Shown here: in pieces, positions 13,259 through 23,514 of the stretch
Position numbering within the stretch: the stretch's first letter is position 1
Layout: the number at the start of each line of letters is the position of its first letter
Assembly (NCBI GenBank): GCA_000146045.2
Contig: BK006949.2
Coordinates: 608,001 to 672,000 of the forward strand
Reading direction: 5' to 3'
DNA length: 64,000 nucleotides
Source of the DNA: TPA_inf: Saccharomyces
Taxonomy: Eukaryota
Notes under the pieces: generated by a model
What the model saw: the letters and a program-made list of their open reading frames with translations, nothing else
The model's database searches: none
Told to the model about the DNA's origin: nothing
Translations under genes and position numbers: made by a program

Positions 13259-14539
13259 TTCTTTTTATCTGGCGCTTTATATGTTTATGAATAGTACGTT
13301 ATGATGATTGTTTTTTTACAAATGTTTGTGAATTACACTAATGGTAATTCCCTCTTTAGTTAGAAGTAATGGAAAATTAGTACTTTCTAATTCTTGTGAT
13401 CAACGCTTTTTCAACGTTGCCATCATCAACAGAATCTCGATCTGCTAGCCAACATCAAAAAGTTGTTTGCCGCACATCATGTAACCGAACTTTCAGTACC
13501 ACAAAAACTAATATGCACGGCGCTTGAAAAGTGCTTTAATTTTGTAAACTATTTTGTTTTGTAAATTTCTAGGCAGTTGAGGCTACCGTCGTGACCACAG
13601 AAAGAAAACATCTTCAAAACACTTTAGTGACTGTCCATATAGCCGCCGAAGTTAGTCGCTGATATAATTTGAAACCTACATTATTATTTGTTCGTTTGGA
13701 AGACACGTTAGGTTTAGTATCAATAAACTTCCCATCCGAAACACTTATTCTACTAGTGTGTTTCATAATGCGTAAGCCAGCACGTATATATTCATCTCAA
13801 TTTGTTACACACTTAACATACTATATAATTCCTGAGAAAATGCCCAGCTCATAAACATCGGTAGTCCAATTCAAGAACGGGGGAACTGAATTTGGGAGTA
13901 ATCAAAAAAAAAAAAAGACGTTACTTCATCGTTTTTGTTGTCATTGTACACTTCTTTCATTTCTTTTCAGATTTAACTTCTCTGTCCGTAGTCGGCAAAT
14001 AACGGTCCTTTAAATGCAAGGGATCATCAAGAGATTTTGAAAAACTGTGGAGCCAGATATTTATTTGTCAACTTTGGACATCTACCTTAGTCTGTCTGCT
14101 TCCCTCTTTTTGACCTCTTTTAGTAAACTCTGAGGTGGGATGACTGACTCTGACGGAGAAAGTATGTAGATATCTCAAGAAAGTATCAGTCCACGATATA
14201 GTAGGAAATATTATACAATACGTAATGGAAGCAAAGTGTGCTTCCATGAGTTTTAGACAAATTTATGTCCCTAAAACTTCGAACTTTTAACGGGAACAAT
14301 TTTGGCCGTGATAAATTCTTTTCCAACGCTTATATTGATTATCCGTTATTGGTTTTTTGTTGGAGACATTAAAAGATGGCCAATGGCGTAAGAAAATTTT
14401 GAAAAAAAGTCAGACATTCAAGTTGAAAAACTCCTTCATCTTCCTACTTGAGTCTATATTTTCATTGATATTTCCATAAGAGAAGGAGCAGTCAAGTTCA
14501 AGAACCAACTTTCCGCAGTTGGCAGGTCGAAAAAATAAA

Positions 14540-14631
14540 TGCGAATTCTGTGGATCGAACACAGGACCTCCAGATAACTTGACCGAAGTTTTTTCTTCAG
14601 TCTGGCGCTCTCCCAACTGAGCTAAATCCGC
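14540..14631 (-). tRNA. tF(GAA): tRNA-Phe(GAA) gene with a 19-nt intron, plus a Pol III terminator
   Basis: The reverse complement reads GCGGATTTAGCTCAGTTGGGAGAGCGCCAGACTGAAGA[aaaaacttcggtcaagtta]TCTGGAGGTCCTGTGTTCGATCCACAGAATTCGCA. The exons are identical to yeast tRNA-Phe. A box TAGCTCAGTTGG and B box GTGTTCGATCC are present. The intron lies 1 nt 3' of the GAA anticodon. A T-rich terminator (TTTATTTTTT on the minus strand) follows at 14530-14539. Confidence 0.96.
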
Positions 14632-15526
14632 ATATCAGAATGAAATAAACAAGCATTCTTGTGCTTTATAAATGGTCCAAGCGTCTAACTTTTAAAGAGT
14701 ACATTCTAAAAGTAAGAGACGAAGACAACATTATAATAATTTTCTCAAGACATATATGTTTCACCGGCACGTTTTGTTTTGTCCCCTTTTATTTTGAGCC
14801 TGAATACTATGCTTTATAAAACTTTAATGCGCTCAACAAGTGCACCTTCCAACGGAAAAAAAGAAATTCAACAGGGAGCGATGCCATCATCACATGCACG
14901 TTTTCAAGTATTTATAAGACTTGCTACTTGCTCGTCCATTCATGACTTTAATGAGGTTCTAATTTATTGGTGCAACTCTTCAAACTAGCTGCCCAATCAG
15001 TGCTGGAATGAGTGCCAAGACAAGCGACAAACCCTGTCAATCTCCTGAAAAACAAAAATTAAGTGCTTGAGAAGACCTTCAGAAGAGTTGCATAGATAGG
15101 ATGGGTGAGCGCAATTACTAGTTACGCAGTAAGTAGGTTATATGGCTGCTGGAGGGGCAGTACTGATTTAATCACAATCCGGATTAAACTTCCTCCTGAA
15201 AAAAAAAAAACTACATCAAGTCAAAAGATTTTCATTCACTCTTTGGAAGGCTGTGTGGCATTCTAACCTTTATTTTTTTATCACCATTCTCGAATTTTCG
15301 TGGTTCGCTTTCTTAGCGCCGTTATTCTCTCTTCTTGTCCACGTCAAAGGGAGTATGCGTAACCCCTTTCAAGGTTGAACGAAAAAAAAAAAAATATGTC
15401 CTTCAAAATTTTTTTTGATTTAAAACTAAAAAACATTCCCTTGAAGCTTGTTATTCCGAAAGAAAGAATCTAAAATTGCAATTGGTAGTGAAAACAAATA
15501 AACAAAGACATAACCGCACTCCAATC

Positions 15527-16202
15527 ATGTCCGAATATGCATCTAGTATTCACTCTCAAATGAAACAATTCGATACCGTATGTAAGATGGTTTTATTGGT
15601 TCCATCGTCATCATGGTTCAAACAGCCAAATGACCCGACACACGTAACCGAAGCAGTTATACTAACAAGAAAGCTAATTTTCACCCTCCTTGCTACATTT
15701 TTTTCTACAGAAGTACTCTGGTAATAGAATTTTACAGCAATTAGAAAATAAAACTAATTTGCCTAAATCTTATTTAGTTGCTGGTTTAGGTTTCGCTTAT
15801 CTCCTTTTGATTTTTATTAACGTCGGAGGTGTAGGTGAAATTCTTTCCAATTTTGCTGGGTTTGTGTTGCCAGCATATTTATCGTTGGTTGCTTTGAAGA
15901 CACCAACGTCCACCGATGACACACAACTCTTGACCTACTGGATTGTCTTTTCATTTTTGAGTGTCATTGAATTCTGGTCCAAGGCAATTCTATATTTGAT
16001 TCCATTCTACTGGTTTTTGAAAACCGTTTTCTTAATCTACATTGCCTTGCCTCAAACTGGTGGCGCTAGAATGATCTATCAAAAGATCGTAGCCCCATTG
16101 ACCGACAGATATATCCTAAGAGATGTTAGCAAGACAGAAAAGGATGAAATTAGAGCTTCCGTCAATGAGGCTTCTAAGGCTACAGGTGCTTCTGTTCATT
16201 AA
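15527..16202 (+). CDS. YOP1: Yop1, ER reticulon-interacting membrane-shaping protein (DP1/REEP family, 180 aa). Spliced: exon 1 15527..15577, intron 15578..15710, exon 2 15711..16202.
   Basis: Exon 1 encodes MSEYASSIHSQMKQFDT and is followed by GTATGT. Branch point TACTAAC lies near 15661, and the 3' splice site is ..tttttctacAG. Exon 2 continues KYSGNRILQQLENK... to the stop codon. The joined length of 543 nt gives 180 aa. Exon 2 coordinates follow the ORF track. Confidence 0.9.
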
Positions 16203-16468
16203 GAGGCAACTCACCTATATCCTCAAATCAAACTCTCGTTTTTGTTCTCTTTGTTATCTATTCTATTGAGAGCATATAAGTACATATGTTATTAGTTGTT
16301 ATATATCGCTACTTAACATATAAAATATTTTGGAGTCGTTTATGGTGTCCCAGAAGATAGCATTTCTATTCATCGTGTTGTGTCGTGACGTGTCTCTTGA
16401 TATGCGCGACAGACCATCCAACGCAAGGTCATTAATCATGTTATGTTCTGTAATTTTAAAGGCATTTT

Positions 16469-18967
16469 TTATAGAGTTTCATCGAATTTGTGATCGAACT
16501 GTTCATTGGTGATAGATGAAGAGCCATTTAAATGAAAATCCAACTTAACTCTTAACTTCAGTTTCCCAGATCCAGAAATTTTCAATGACTGCTTGCAAAT
16601 TTGGCTGGCGTTTATTGTGGAAGATGGATATAACTGGCCTAGTGTTAGCTTTTGAGCTTTAGGAACGGCACAGAAAGTTTTTAAGTCAGATATTAAAGAC
16701 TTTGCCTGAAAATATAAATCCAAATGTGCTAATCCAGAGTTTGCAGAGAGCAAGGAAGCATATACATTCAGTGAGGAACTGTCATATATCTTGTTGGCAT
16801 CCAATGGTAAGGTGACACCTGAGTTTGCCTCCACTGCCGACGAATGATTGATTGATTCTTCCTTGTTCGCATTTTTGGGCACCTGAGCAATGTCATTCTT
16901 CTCTCCAAAAATCTCTTCTAATATGTCAATTGGTTTCACATTGTCACCAGTAGAAGCCTTGCTTTCAGCCTTGCTATCCTCACCCAATAAATCTGACAGC
17001 AGATCAACTGGTTCGTTGGAGATAAGGTTTTTCGATAGAGCTTTTCCATTATCCTGTTCCTCGGTAATTTTTTCAAATTTAGGCATTGTTTCTAAAATGA
17101 TCTTCTTCACAGAAATTGACTGATTGAAAAATATCTCGTATTGATTGCTTTTCATTTGCAGTGATAAATCAGTGGAATCCGTGTAGCTCAATATCAGTTG
17201 TCTTAGTTTTTCAATATTTTTCGCGTCATGGAACCTCACAGATAATTTTAATGCTGCTGTTAAAATGTAATTGATTATCTTCAGATTCGTTGCTGTGTAG
17301 AGTTCTTGCAAAGTTAGTAAGTAATCAGTAATAGATGACTCATTGATTATGTCTGCACCATTTTTATTGCCCTCGTTGAGTACTAAATCGCCATATTCGC
17401 CAATGCACCAAATCAAAACCAACTGCCAACCAATATTTTCCTCGGAAATCTCCGCTGATGTTCCATTTAGTGAAATTGTCAGCATTTTCCGTAAAAATTC
17501 AGATTTGTCGGATAACTGGCTCGTATTATTTATTATGATTAGAATATCATTAATTTTTTCATAGTTGATAAACGATCCCACTAATTTTAAGATATTAAAG
17601 AAAACATCTAATTTCCAGCTTTCATCTTTGACAACGCGGGTATCAAAAGTGTCAATTAAGTGATCTATAGTGTATATTATGAGATCTTTTGAATCTTCAT
17701 CCTGTTTTGCCAAAAATTTCATCAATTCGTTAACCAATTCCACTAAATTTGAATCGTCCAAGATGGCGAAGCTCAACTCTAACGCTCTCATGCGGATCGA
17801 CACATCGGTATCCTGCAGACAATGAGAAATGAATTTTCTATGCCTTTGTACTGCGGTAGGCTCTTGGGGAACAACTTTTAATAAGGTGTTTAATGAAACG
17901 TATTTAGTATTATTATCTTTTCCTGCAAGAAACTTGGCCAAGATGTTAATACCAAGGACACGTAGAGGCTGGTTCAAATCCAACGAAAAGATCGTCTTCA
18001 CGGTCTCATAAAGAATGGCCTGTCCGCTGTTTTTCGTTGAATCCGTATTCGTCGCAATACGAGTCAATAAATCGCAGAAATTATCTTTGTAGTCCAAAAC
18101 ATTGTTCGAATTTAAGAGCTCACCAACTTGAAAGTATAGTTTTAAAGTGTAAATTATTTCACACTGCAGAAATGGGTCACAAATACCTTGGACATCATAT
18201 CCAGGTTCAATATTTTTAGAATTCATATTTTCCAAACGAATGAAAAAATCACGCAAAAGTAAAGATAATGGAGACAAGATGTCATTGCTGTAATCAATAC
18301 CGTCTTCATCTTCATCCTCATCTTTTTTTCTGTTCAATCCAATTAACAAAATAGATTGTATGATTTTCGTAACGCCTAAAAGTACACCGTGAGTACATAT
18401 TGAATGACTAGACAATATCTTAGTAATGTCTTCGATGTTGAAGATTTCTAAAAGTGAAACGTCTTTGAAAATTAGTTTGGCAGCACATTGAAGCGCTTTT
18501 TTCAAGAGGAAAGGGTCTCTTGAATTTTTGATGATATTTTCGACGTCTGGGTATAAATCTCTGGCTAATTCAGGGGAGCTCAAAAAGCCTAATGAGGTTA
18601 GTGCAAGTGACACTGCATATTTGTTGGGATGATGCAAATCGTTGTTCAACATGTTCGTTAAGAGTGTCAATAAATCTTCAGATTCGTCCAACAATAAAGT
18701 TGCGGCCAGATAGCCTAATCTTTTATCGACAAAATCGTCAGAAGCAATTAAATTGATAGACTCCACCTGACCGAAATGTGTCTTTTCCCCTAGAATGTAT
18801 AGATACAGAAGTTTCTGGATATTTACTCGCCTTTTTTCATGTGGTAGATGGTCATCTCTCAATTTTGTCCTAATTTTAGCAGATTGTTTCGTTATAATTG
18901 CCCTTTCATCTGCCAGTGTTTTGGCACCACGAACGTCTTTGATAAAGCTTCTCAACGAAGAGCCCAT
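16469..18967 (-). CDS. APL4: Apl4, gamma-adaptin large subunit of the AP-1 clathrin adaptor (832 aa)
   Basis: 832-aa protein with an adaptin N-terminal HEAT/ARM trunk (MGSSLRSFIKDVRGAKTLADERAIITKQSAKIRTKL...) and a C-terminal ear. Matches Apl4. Confidence 0.94.
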   Translation of the reverse strand: MGSSLRSFIKDVRGAKTLADERAIITKQSAKIRTKLRDDHLPHEKRRVNIQKLLYLYILGEKTHFGQVESINLIASDDFVDKRLGYLAATLLLDESEDLLTLLTNMLNNDLHHPNKYAVSLALTSLGFLSSPELARDLYPDVENIIKNSRDPFLLKKALQCAAKLIFKDVSLLEIFNIEDITKILSSHSICTHGVLLGVTKIIQSILLIGLNRKKDEDEDEDGIDYSNDILSPLSLLLRDFFIRLENMNSKNIEPGYDVQGICDPFLQCEIIYTLKLYFQVGELLNSNNVLDYKDNFCDLLTRIATNTDSTKNSGQAILYETVKTIFSLDLNQPLRVLGINILAKFLAGKDNNTKYVSLNTLLKVVPQEPTAVQRHRKFISHCLQDTDVSIRMRALELSFAILDDSNLVELVNELMKFLAKQDEDSKDLIIYTIDHLIDTFDTRVVKDESWKLDVFFNILKLVGSFINYEKINDILIIINNTSQLSDKSEFLRKMLTISLNGTSAEISEENIGWQLVLIWCIGEYGDLVLNEGNKNGADIINESSITDYLLTLQELYTATNLKIINYILTAALKLSVRFHDAKNIEKLRQLILSYTDSTDLSLQMKSNQYEIFFNQSISVKKIILETMPKFEKITEEQDNGKALSKNLISNEPVDLLSDLLGEDSKAESKASTGDNVKPIDILEEIFGEKNDIAQVPKNANKEESINHSSAVEANSGVTLPLDANKIYDSSSLNVYASLLSANSGLAHLDLYFQAKSLISDLKTFCAVPKAQKLTLGQLYPSSTINASQICKQSLKISGSGKLKLRVKLDFHLNGSSSITNEQFDHKFDETL

Positions 18968-19591
18968 TATGGTGTTCAGGTCTTTCTCGTTGCTAAATCA
19001 AGATGGTCAATATTTCTTCTCCAATATTAGCAGTATAAAATCTCGAAAAAGTATGATTTAGTTGTAATTCTCATATGGCCAAGCCCACTAAATTCAGTGA
19101 ATACAAACAGCTAAGGACGTCAAAACTCAGAGTCGGGTAATCTTCATTTGAATTTTTTTTCTCTTAAGGTAGATAACACCAAAGAAAAGCAATCAGTAGC
19201 AAAATATGGACTTTAACGCTGTCAGTTCCAATTGAGAAATATCGTAAAGAAAGTTAGTTGTTTTCACTCGCAACCTCTCTACCTTCGTGGCCTAAAATAG
19301 ATTTAAATAATCGAATAAACGGTTTGTTCTTATATGTGATACCCTCTTTCACCACCTTCCTGTAGCCCCAGTTGGTATTACTTGTCCCAACCTCATTCCT
19401 CTTTCCATTATCAATTAATCGGTTTGTGTTGTTCGTAGCAGGACCACACTTCCGGAATTATATACATTTACATGTATATAGAGAAGAAAGCTTCGGCGGC
19501 TAAAGAATAGAACCATCTATTACCCGCTCGCCCGGTCGTTTGGATGCGTGGGTGGTATAGTTTCTTTTTTTTCATTTTAAGGGATACCGCT

Positions 19592-19644
19592 CCCCACGTA
19601 CCCCACGACCAGCCCTAGTGGAATAAGAAATGCAAAATCCGGGG
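19592..19644. promoter_or_regulatory. Cluster of Mig1-type GC boxes (CCCCAC twice, and aaaatCCGGGG) in the CSR2 5' region
   Basis: CCCCAC at 19592..19597 and 19601..19606 (reverse complement GTGGGG). aaaaTCCGGGG at 19639..19644 has an AT-rich 5' flank. All match (G/C)(C/T)GGGG. CSR2 is glucose-repressed. Confidence 0.35.
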
Positions 19645-19879
19645 TTGGCGCAGCGATTCTGCACGGCCAAACCCTGGGCTTCTTTATTTTGTAGATCTGC
19701 CAAATGATGGCTATGCCTTACTCGGTATCACATGGAAAAGACCCCCGGCTTATTGAATCCCGTCTCCCGTTCCCTGCATAGTTGTCACGGTTTGGACTAT
19801 ATATATCGTCGTTTCTCTGTTTTATTTATTATGATGGCTCTCCAAGGGTAATCAGTCAGACTAGTAAGCAAAGTCAATC

Positions 19880-22800
19880 ATGCAATCTACTGTCCCAATA
19901 GCAATTGCGAGCAACGGCAACAAGAGAGATGTCGTCCAGAACGTTTCTGCAGGCGACGAGGGTGATATATTGCAAAGGCTAGCCCGTAACAGAGAGATGA
20001 TTTCTACCTCCCTCTCGCCACAAAAATCGTCAGGATTTAGTGGTAGAAGGAGGTCATCTAGTGTTAGGGACGCCCTTTCTTCTTTTTTTGGAACTGGTAA
20101 TAGTCCAACATCTAGTATGGACGATTATTCCAATTTGATGAACCGTAACTATTCTACCGCATCAACTGCCATGTGTAGGGGGAACAGTTTTCCTTCAGAT
20201 GTTGGCACTAAGGCTTACAATATTACGGGATCTTACCAACCGGATAGGCACAGGAATTCTGTTCCGTATACCACCATAGACCAGTTACACACAAGGCAAG
20301 ACACCGGGTTGAGGAGAGAGTCAGATCCAGTCGCGGCAAAACAAATATCTAGTAATAATGATATTGTTAGGTCATTCATAACACATCATGCTAGTAATAG
20401 CACTATGTTTATTAATAGGGTGCTATCGGACTATTTAGCGGATCGTGGTTTCATCAAGCAAACACCGTTATATAATAAGAAAAGTGTGCTGGAAATTTCC
20501 ATTGCAACAAGTGCAGAATCAGTTTTCTTGCCAACTACAAAAAGTGATGAAACAGAGTATCTATCACTGATTCATGGTTCTTTAAATCAGGCGCGAACAC
20601 AGCCTGTCGGGTCCACTAACACTGCAGAAAGTGATTTCCTCCCTTCATGTCCTACGATGGACACTTTGAATGAAAACAATGATTTATCACTATTTCCGTT
20701 ACATACACAGCGAACCAGCCCCTCTAATACAGCAAGGACAGGTAATGCTATGGATACAAGCAATTCTGATCGTGCTTCTCCGGCCTCGAACAATAACACA
20801 ACAGATGCGGATTCCTTTGTTGCGAGTGGCAATAACAACCCTATGAATAATAACAATTCTCCCGCGAGAAACAGACATCCTAATTCTCACTCGCGTTCTC
20901 TTCCTAATGCTTGGAATAGCCAAATGCCTTCATTCAGCTTTGCATTGATATTTTCCCTGAATAAATCAACTACCCTTTCTGATATTAAAGTAGAACTCAC
21001 TTCTAACGTGAGAGTGGTGTGGTTCAATGGTCTTCCCCCTACCAAGAATGTTAACGAGGAATGCTATAATATAGGTTCTTTGGACTGGACCTTAAATGCA
21101 GACAACTTTAATCTTTTCATTCCGCAAGGCGCAAAGTCTCCTCTTGATATCGTTGAAAATCATTCCAATAACAGGAAATTGAAAGTGCTCCAGAAATTAT
21201 CGATGAGGAAACGCCGTTCTTTCTCGAATAAAGCAGTTCTTAGGGAAAATATATTAAACAATTTAAATGCCTCGAATTCTACGAACAAGTTAAATGCTGG
21301 TGTTTATGTCTTTACTATCCCCATAGTGCTTGCCAGTCGTATTCCTGAATCGCTTTACTACCCATCAGCGAGGGTATCCTACAGCTTAAGATTAGCGACA
21401 AAATTGAAGGATGAACATACACAGTTGGTTGCATCACGGCCACGTTCTTCTTCTATCTCTTCTCCTCAAAAACTGCGTTCATATTCCTGTTCTGATTCTT
21501 ATGAATATTCTCAAATTGATGACACCATAGAAGGAGAAACCTACAATAACGACAAAAATTCTACTGGAAAAATCGCATTTCCCTCCTCATGGTTAAAAAG
21601 TGCGAAGGGGCGCTTAAAAAGGAATAATTCTAACGGAAGGTCAGATAATAATGGCGCATCTTCTAGTGGTTTAGCGATGCAACATGATTCTGAAGACACT
21701 ATAAATTTACAGTACCCGCTTAATTTGGTGAGAACTCCGCCAGAAATCTCTGTCACTACAGCAAATAAGCCACTTTACATTAACAAGGTTTGGGAGAATT
21801 GTCTTTCTTATGAAATTTCATTCGCCCAAAAGTATGTGCCCTTGAATGGTGAAATTCCAATCACAATTAAAGTGGCACCTCTAGTAAAAAGTCTTAGTGT
21901 CAAGAGAATTCGTGTTAGTTGTAGAGAAAAAATCTCCTACAGGAGTAAAGACTATCAATATGATTTTGACCAGTTGGATCCATTGGCTTCAGATCCTTGC
22001 AATCCCTATCATATGAGATATTTAGTGAGAAAAAAGAAGGACAGAAGCTTGCCTCTATTTGAGGTGGCCTCTAAATGTACTAGTGGGCCTTCTATTAGAG
22101 AGGAAGTTGTCACCAATACAGTTGATGATAACTTATTAGCCTACACTTCATCAAAAGAAAACAACAAAGATATCCCATTTTCTGAGTCCTTTACTGTTAA
22201 AACGAAGTTAAAATTTCCAAAATATTGTGAAGTGGACGCTACCAAAGCTGCAAGTCTACCACCATATGGTATCGATCTTTTCGACCCAATAAAAGATCCA
22301 ACTCAGAGTGAGAACACCTCTAATAACGGCAATGTATTGGGCTTTCTAGTGGGTCGCCCTAACAGGGCTTCCAAGACAGTTCATAAAATACCGCAAGACA
22401 AGAATCATAATGAGGTCAATGATACAAATGGAAACTCGAATACATCTTTGCAAACTAGCTCGAATGTTCCCATTCAGCACTACACACGGTTGAATAAACC
22501 AAGACGCGGTTTATATTTGGACAGTATGCATTTTAAGAATATCCAATGTTCTCATAAATTAGAAATCGTCTTGAGGGTTAGCAAAACTGATAGTGGTAGC
22601 TCAAAAATCATAAGGCATTATGAAGTAATTGTTGATACACCAATTTATTTGATTTCTGACCTTTGTAACACTTCAAATATAGACTTACCGACTTATGACA
22701 TGGCCACCACTGAATCTTCTAAAGTCCTGCCACCAACTTTTGAAGAGGCAACATCAGTTTCAGCATCACCAAGATCTTCTGTATCTTATTATCCCGATGA

Positions 22801-23245
22801 CATTTCCATGCAACAGTTGAATTTGTCTAGGTCGACTTCCCTCGCAAATGGTTACCTGTCAACCTTACATCCAAAAACAACCGCTGTTTCGGACTCGTCT
22901 AACGGTGCCCCAATCCGGGACCAGCAAGAGCAACAAGCACGCCCCTTGAGGACTGAAGATTATGCGCTACAAATGGGGAATGAAAATAACGCCTATAGCA
23001 ATATGGACGGTTTGCTTTCGCAGGATATCTTTGAACAGGAGACCGCGGCCACGCTATTTAAAAGAGACATTGTCACAATGAACTTTAACAATAATATATT
23101 CACACCACGGTATAGTCCGCGCACTTTTACCAATACCGACTACAATTATAATGATAATGATAATAATGATAATGATACAGAGGGGCCTGGTCCAATAATT
23201 CATCCGGGTCCTGAACCACCAAGATATGACGAGATTTCATCATAA
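19880..23245 (+). CDS. CSR2: Csr2/Art8, alpha-arrestin Rsp5 adaptor (1121 aa)
   Basis: 1121-aa S/N-rich protein with a central arrestin fold and C-terminal PY motifs (LPPY, PPRY). The C-terminus has an (N/D)n low-complexity run. Matches Csr2. Confidence 0.92.
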   Translation: MQSTVPIAIASNGNKRDVVQNVSAGDEGDILQRLARNREMISTSLSPQKSSGFSGRRRSSSVRDALSSFFGTGNSPTSSMDDYSNLMNRNYSTASTAMCRGNSFPSDVGTKAYNITGSYQPDRHRNSVPYTTIDQLHTRQDTGLRRESDPVAAKQISSNNDIVRSFITHHASNSTMFINRVLSDYLADRGFIKQTPLYNKKSVLEISIATSAESVFLPTTKSDETEYLSLIHGSLNQARTQPVGSTNTAESDFLPSCPTMDTLNENNDLSLFPLHTQRTSPSNTARTGNAMDTSNSDRASPASNNNTTDADSFVASGNNNPMNNNNSPARNRHPNSHSRSLPNAWNSQMPSFSFALIFSLNKSTTLSDIKVELTSNVRVVWFNGLPPTKNVNEECYNIGSLDWTLNADNFNLFIPQGAKSPLDIVENHSNNRKLKVLQKLSMRKRRSFSNKAVLRENILNNLNASNSTNKLNAGVYVFTIPIVLASRIPESLYYPSARVSYSLRLATKLKDEHTQLVASRPRSSSISSPQKLRSYSCSDSYEYSQIDDTIEGETYNNDKNSTGKIAFPSSWLKSAKGRLKRNNSNGRSDNNGASSSGLAMQHDSEDTINLQYPLNLVRTPPEISVTTANKPLYINKVWENCLSYEISFAQKYVPLNGEIPITIKVAPLVKSLSVKRIRVSCREKISYRSKDYQYDFDQLDPLASDPCNPYHMRYLVRKKKDRSLPLFEVASKCTSGPSIREEVVTNTVDDNLLAYTSSKENNKDIPFSESFTVKTKLKFPKYCEVDATKAASLPPYGIDLFDPIKDPTQSENTSNNGNVLGFLVGRPNRASKTVHKIPQDKNHNEVNDTNGNSNTSLQTSSNVPIQHYTRLNKPRRGLYLDSMHFKNIQCSHKLEIVLRVSKTDSGSSKIIRHYEVIVDTPIYLISDLCNTSNIDLPTYDMATTESSKVLPPTFEEATSVSASPRSSVSYYPDDISMQQLNLSRSTSLANGYLSTLHPKTTAVSDSSNGAPIRDQQEQQARPLRTEDYALQMGNENNAYSNMDGLLSQDIFEQETAATLFKRDIVTMNFNNNIFTPRYSPRTFTNTDYNYNDNDNNDNDTEGPGPIIHPGPEPPRYDEISS

Positions 23246-23514
23246 ATATTAATATCTTCACTTTTTTTATAAACCTCACACACACATATATATATACATT
23301 TGTACAAATATGTACCTGTCCGAACTAACTTTTTTTTTCGTGTAATATACGTAGAATATATGTCTTTCGGCTCATCGCAAATTGTAGCACCGAAAAAAAT
23401 GGAAGACGATAATAATAAACAAGTTTGAAAGTTTGAAAGCCGTGCAGTTTTTCAACGTATTAGGTTTTTTTATTCAAATAACTTTGACAAGGGCGTTGTA
23501 CGACTTAGCACCTA

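Noticed and set aside
14100-15500. Possible solo LTR (delta, sigma or tau) next to the tRNA-Phe gene
   Set aside because: No TGTTG...CAACA termini and no recognisable LTR internal sequence were found by eye. TGTTGGAGACATT at about 14359 does not continue as a delta or tau element.
15476-16202. ORF-track entries 15476-15724 and 15690-16202 (also 46632-46847) beginning with M
   Set aside because: They start at TTG, not ATG; the track evidently allows alternative starts. They are the unspliced fragments of YOP1 (and of RPL43A exon 2), not separate genes.
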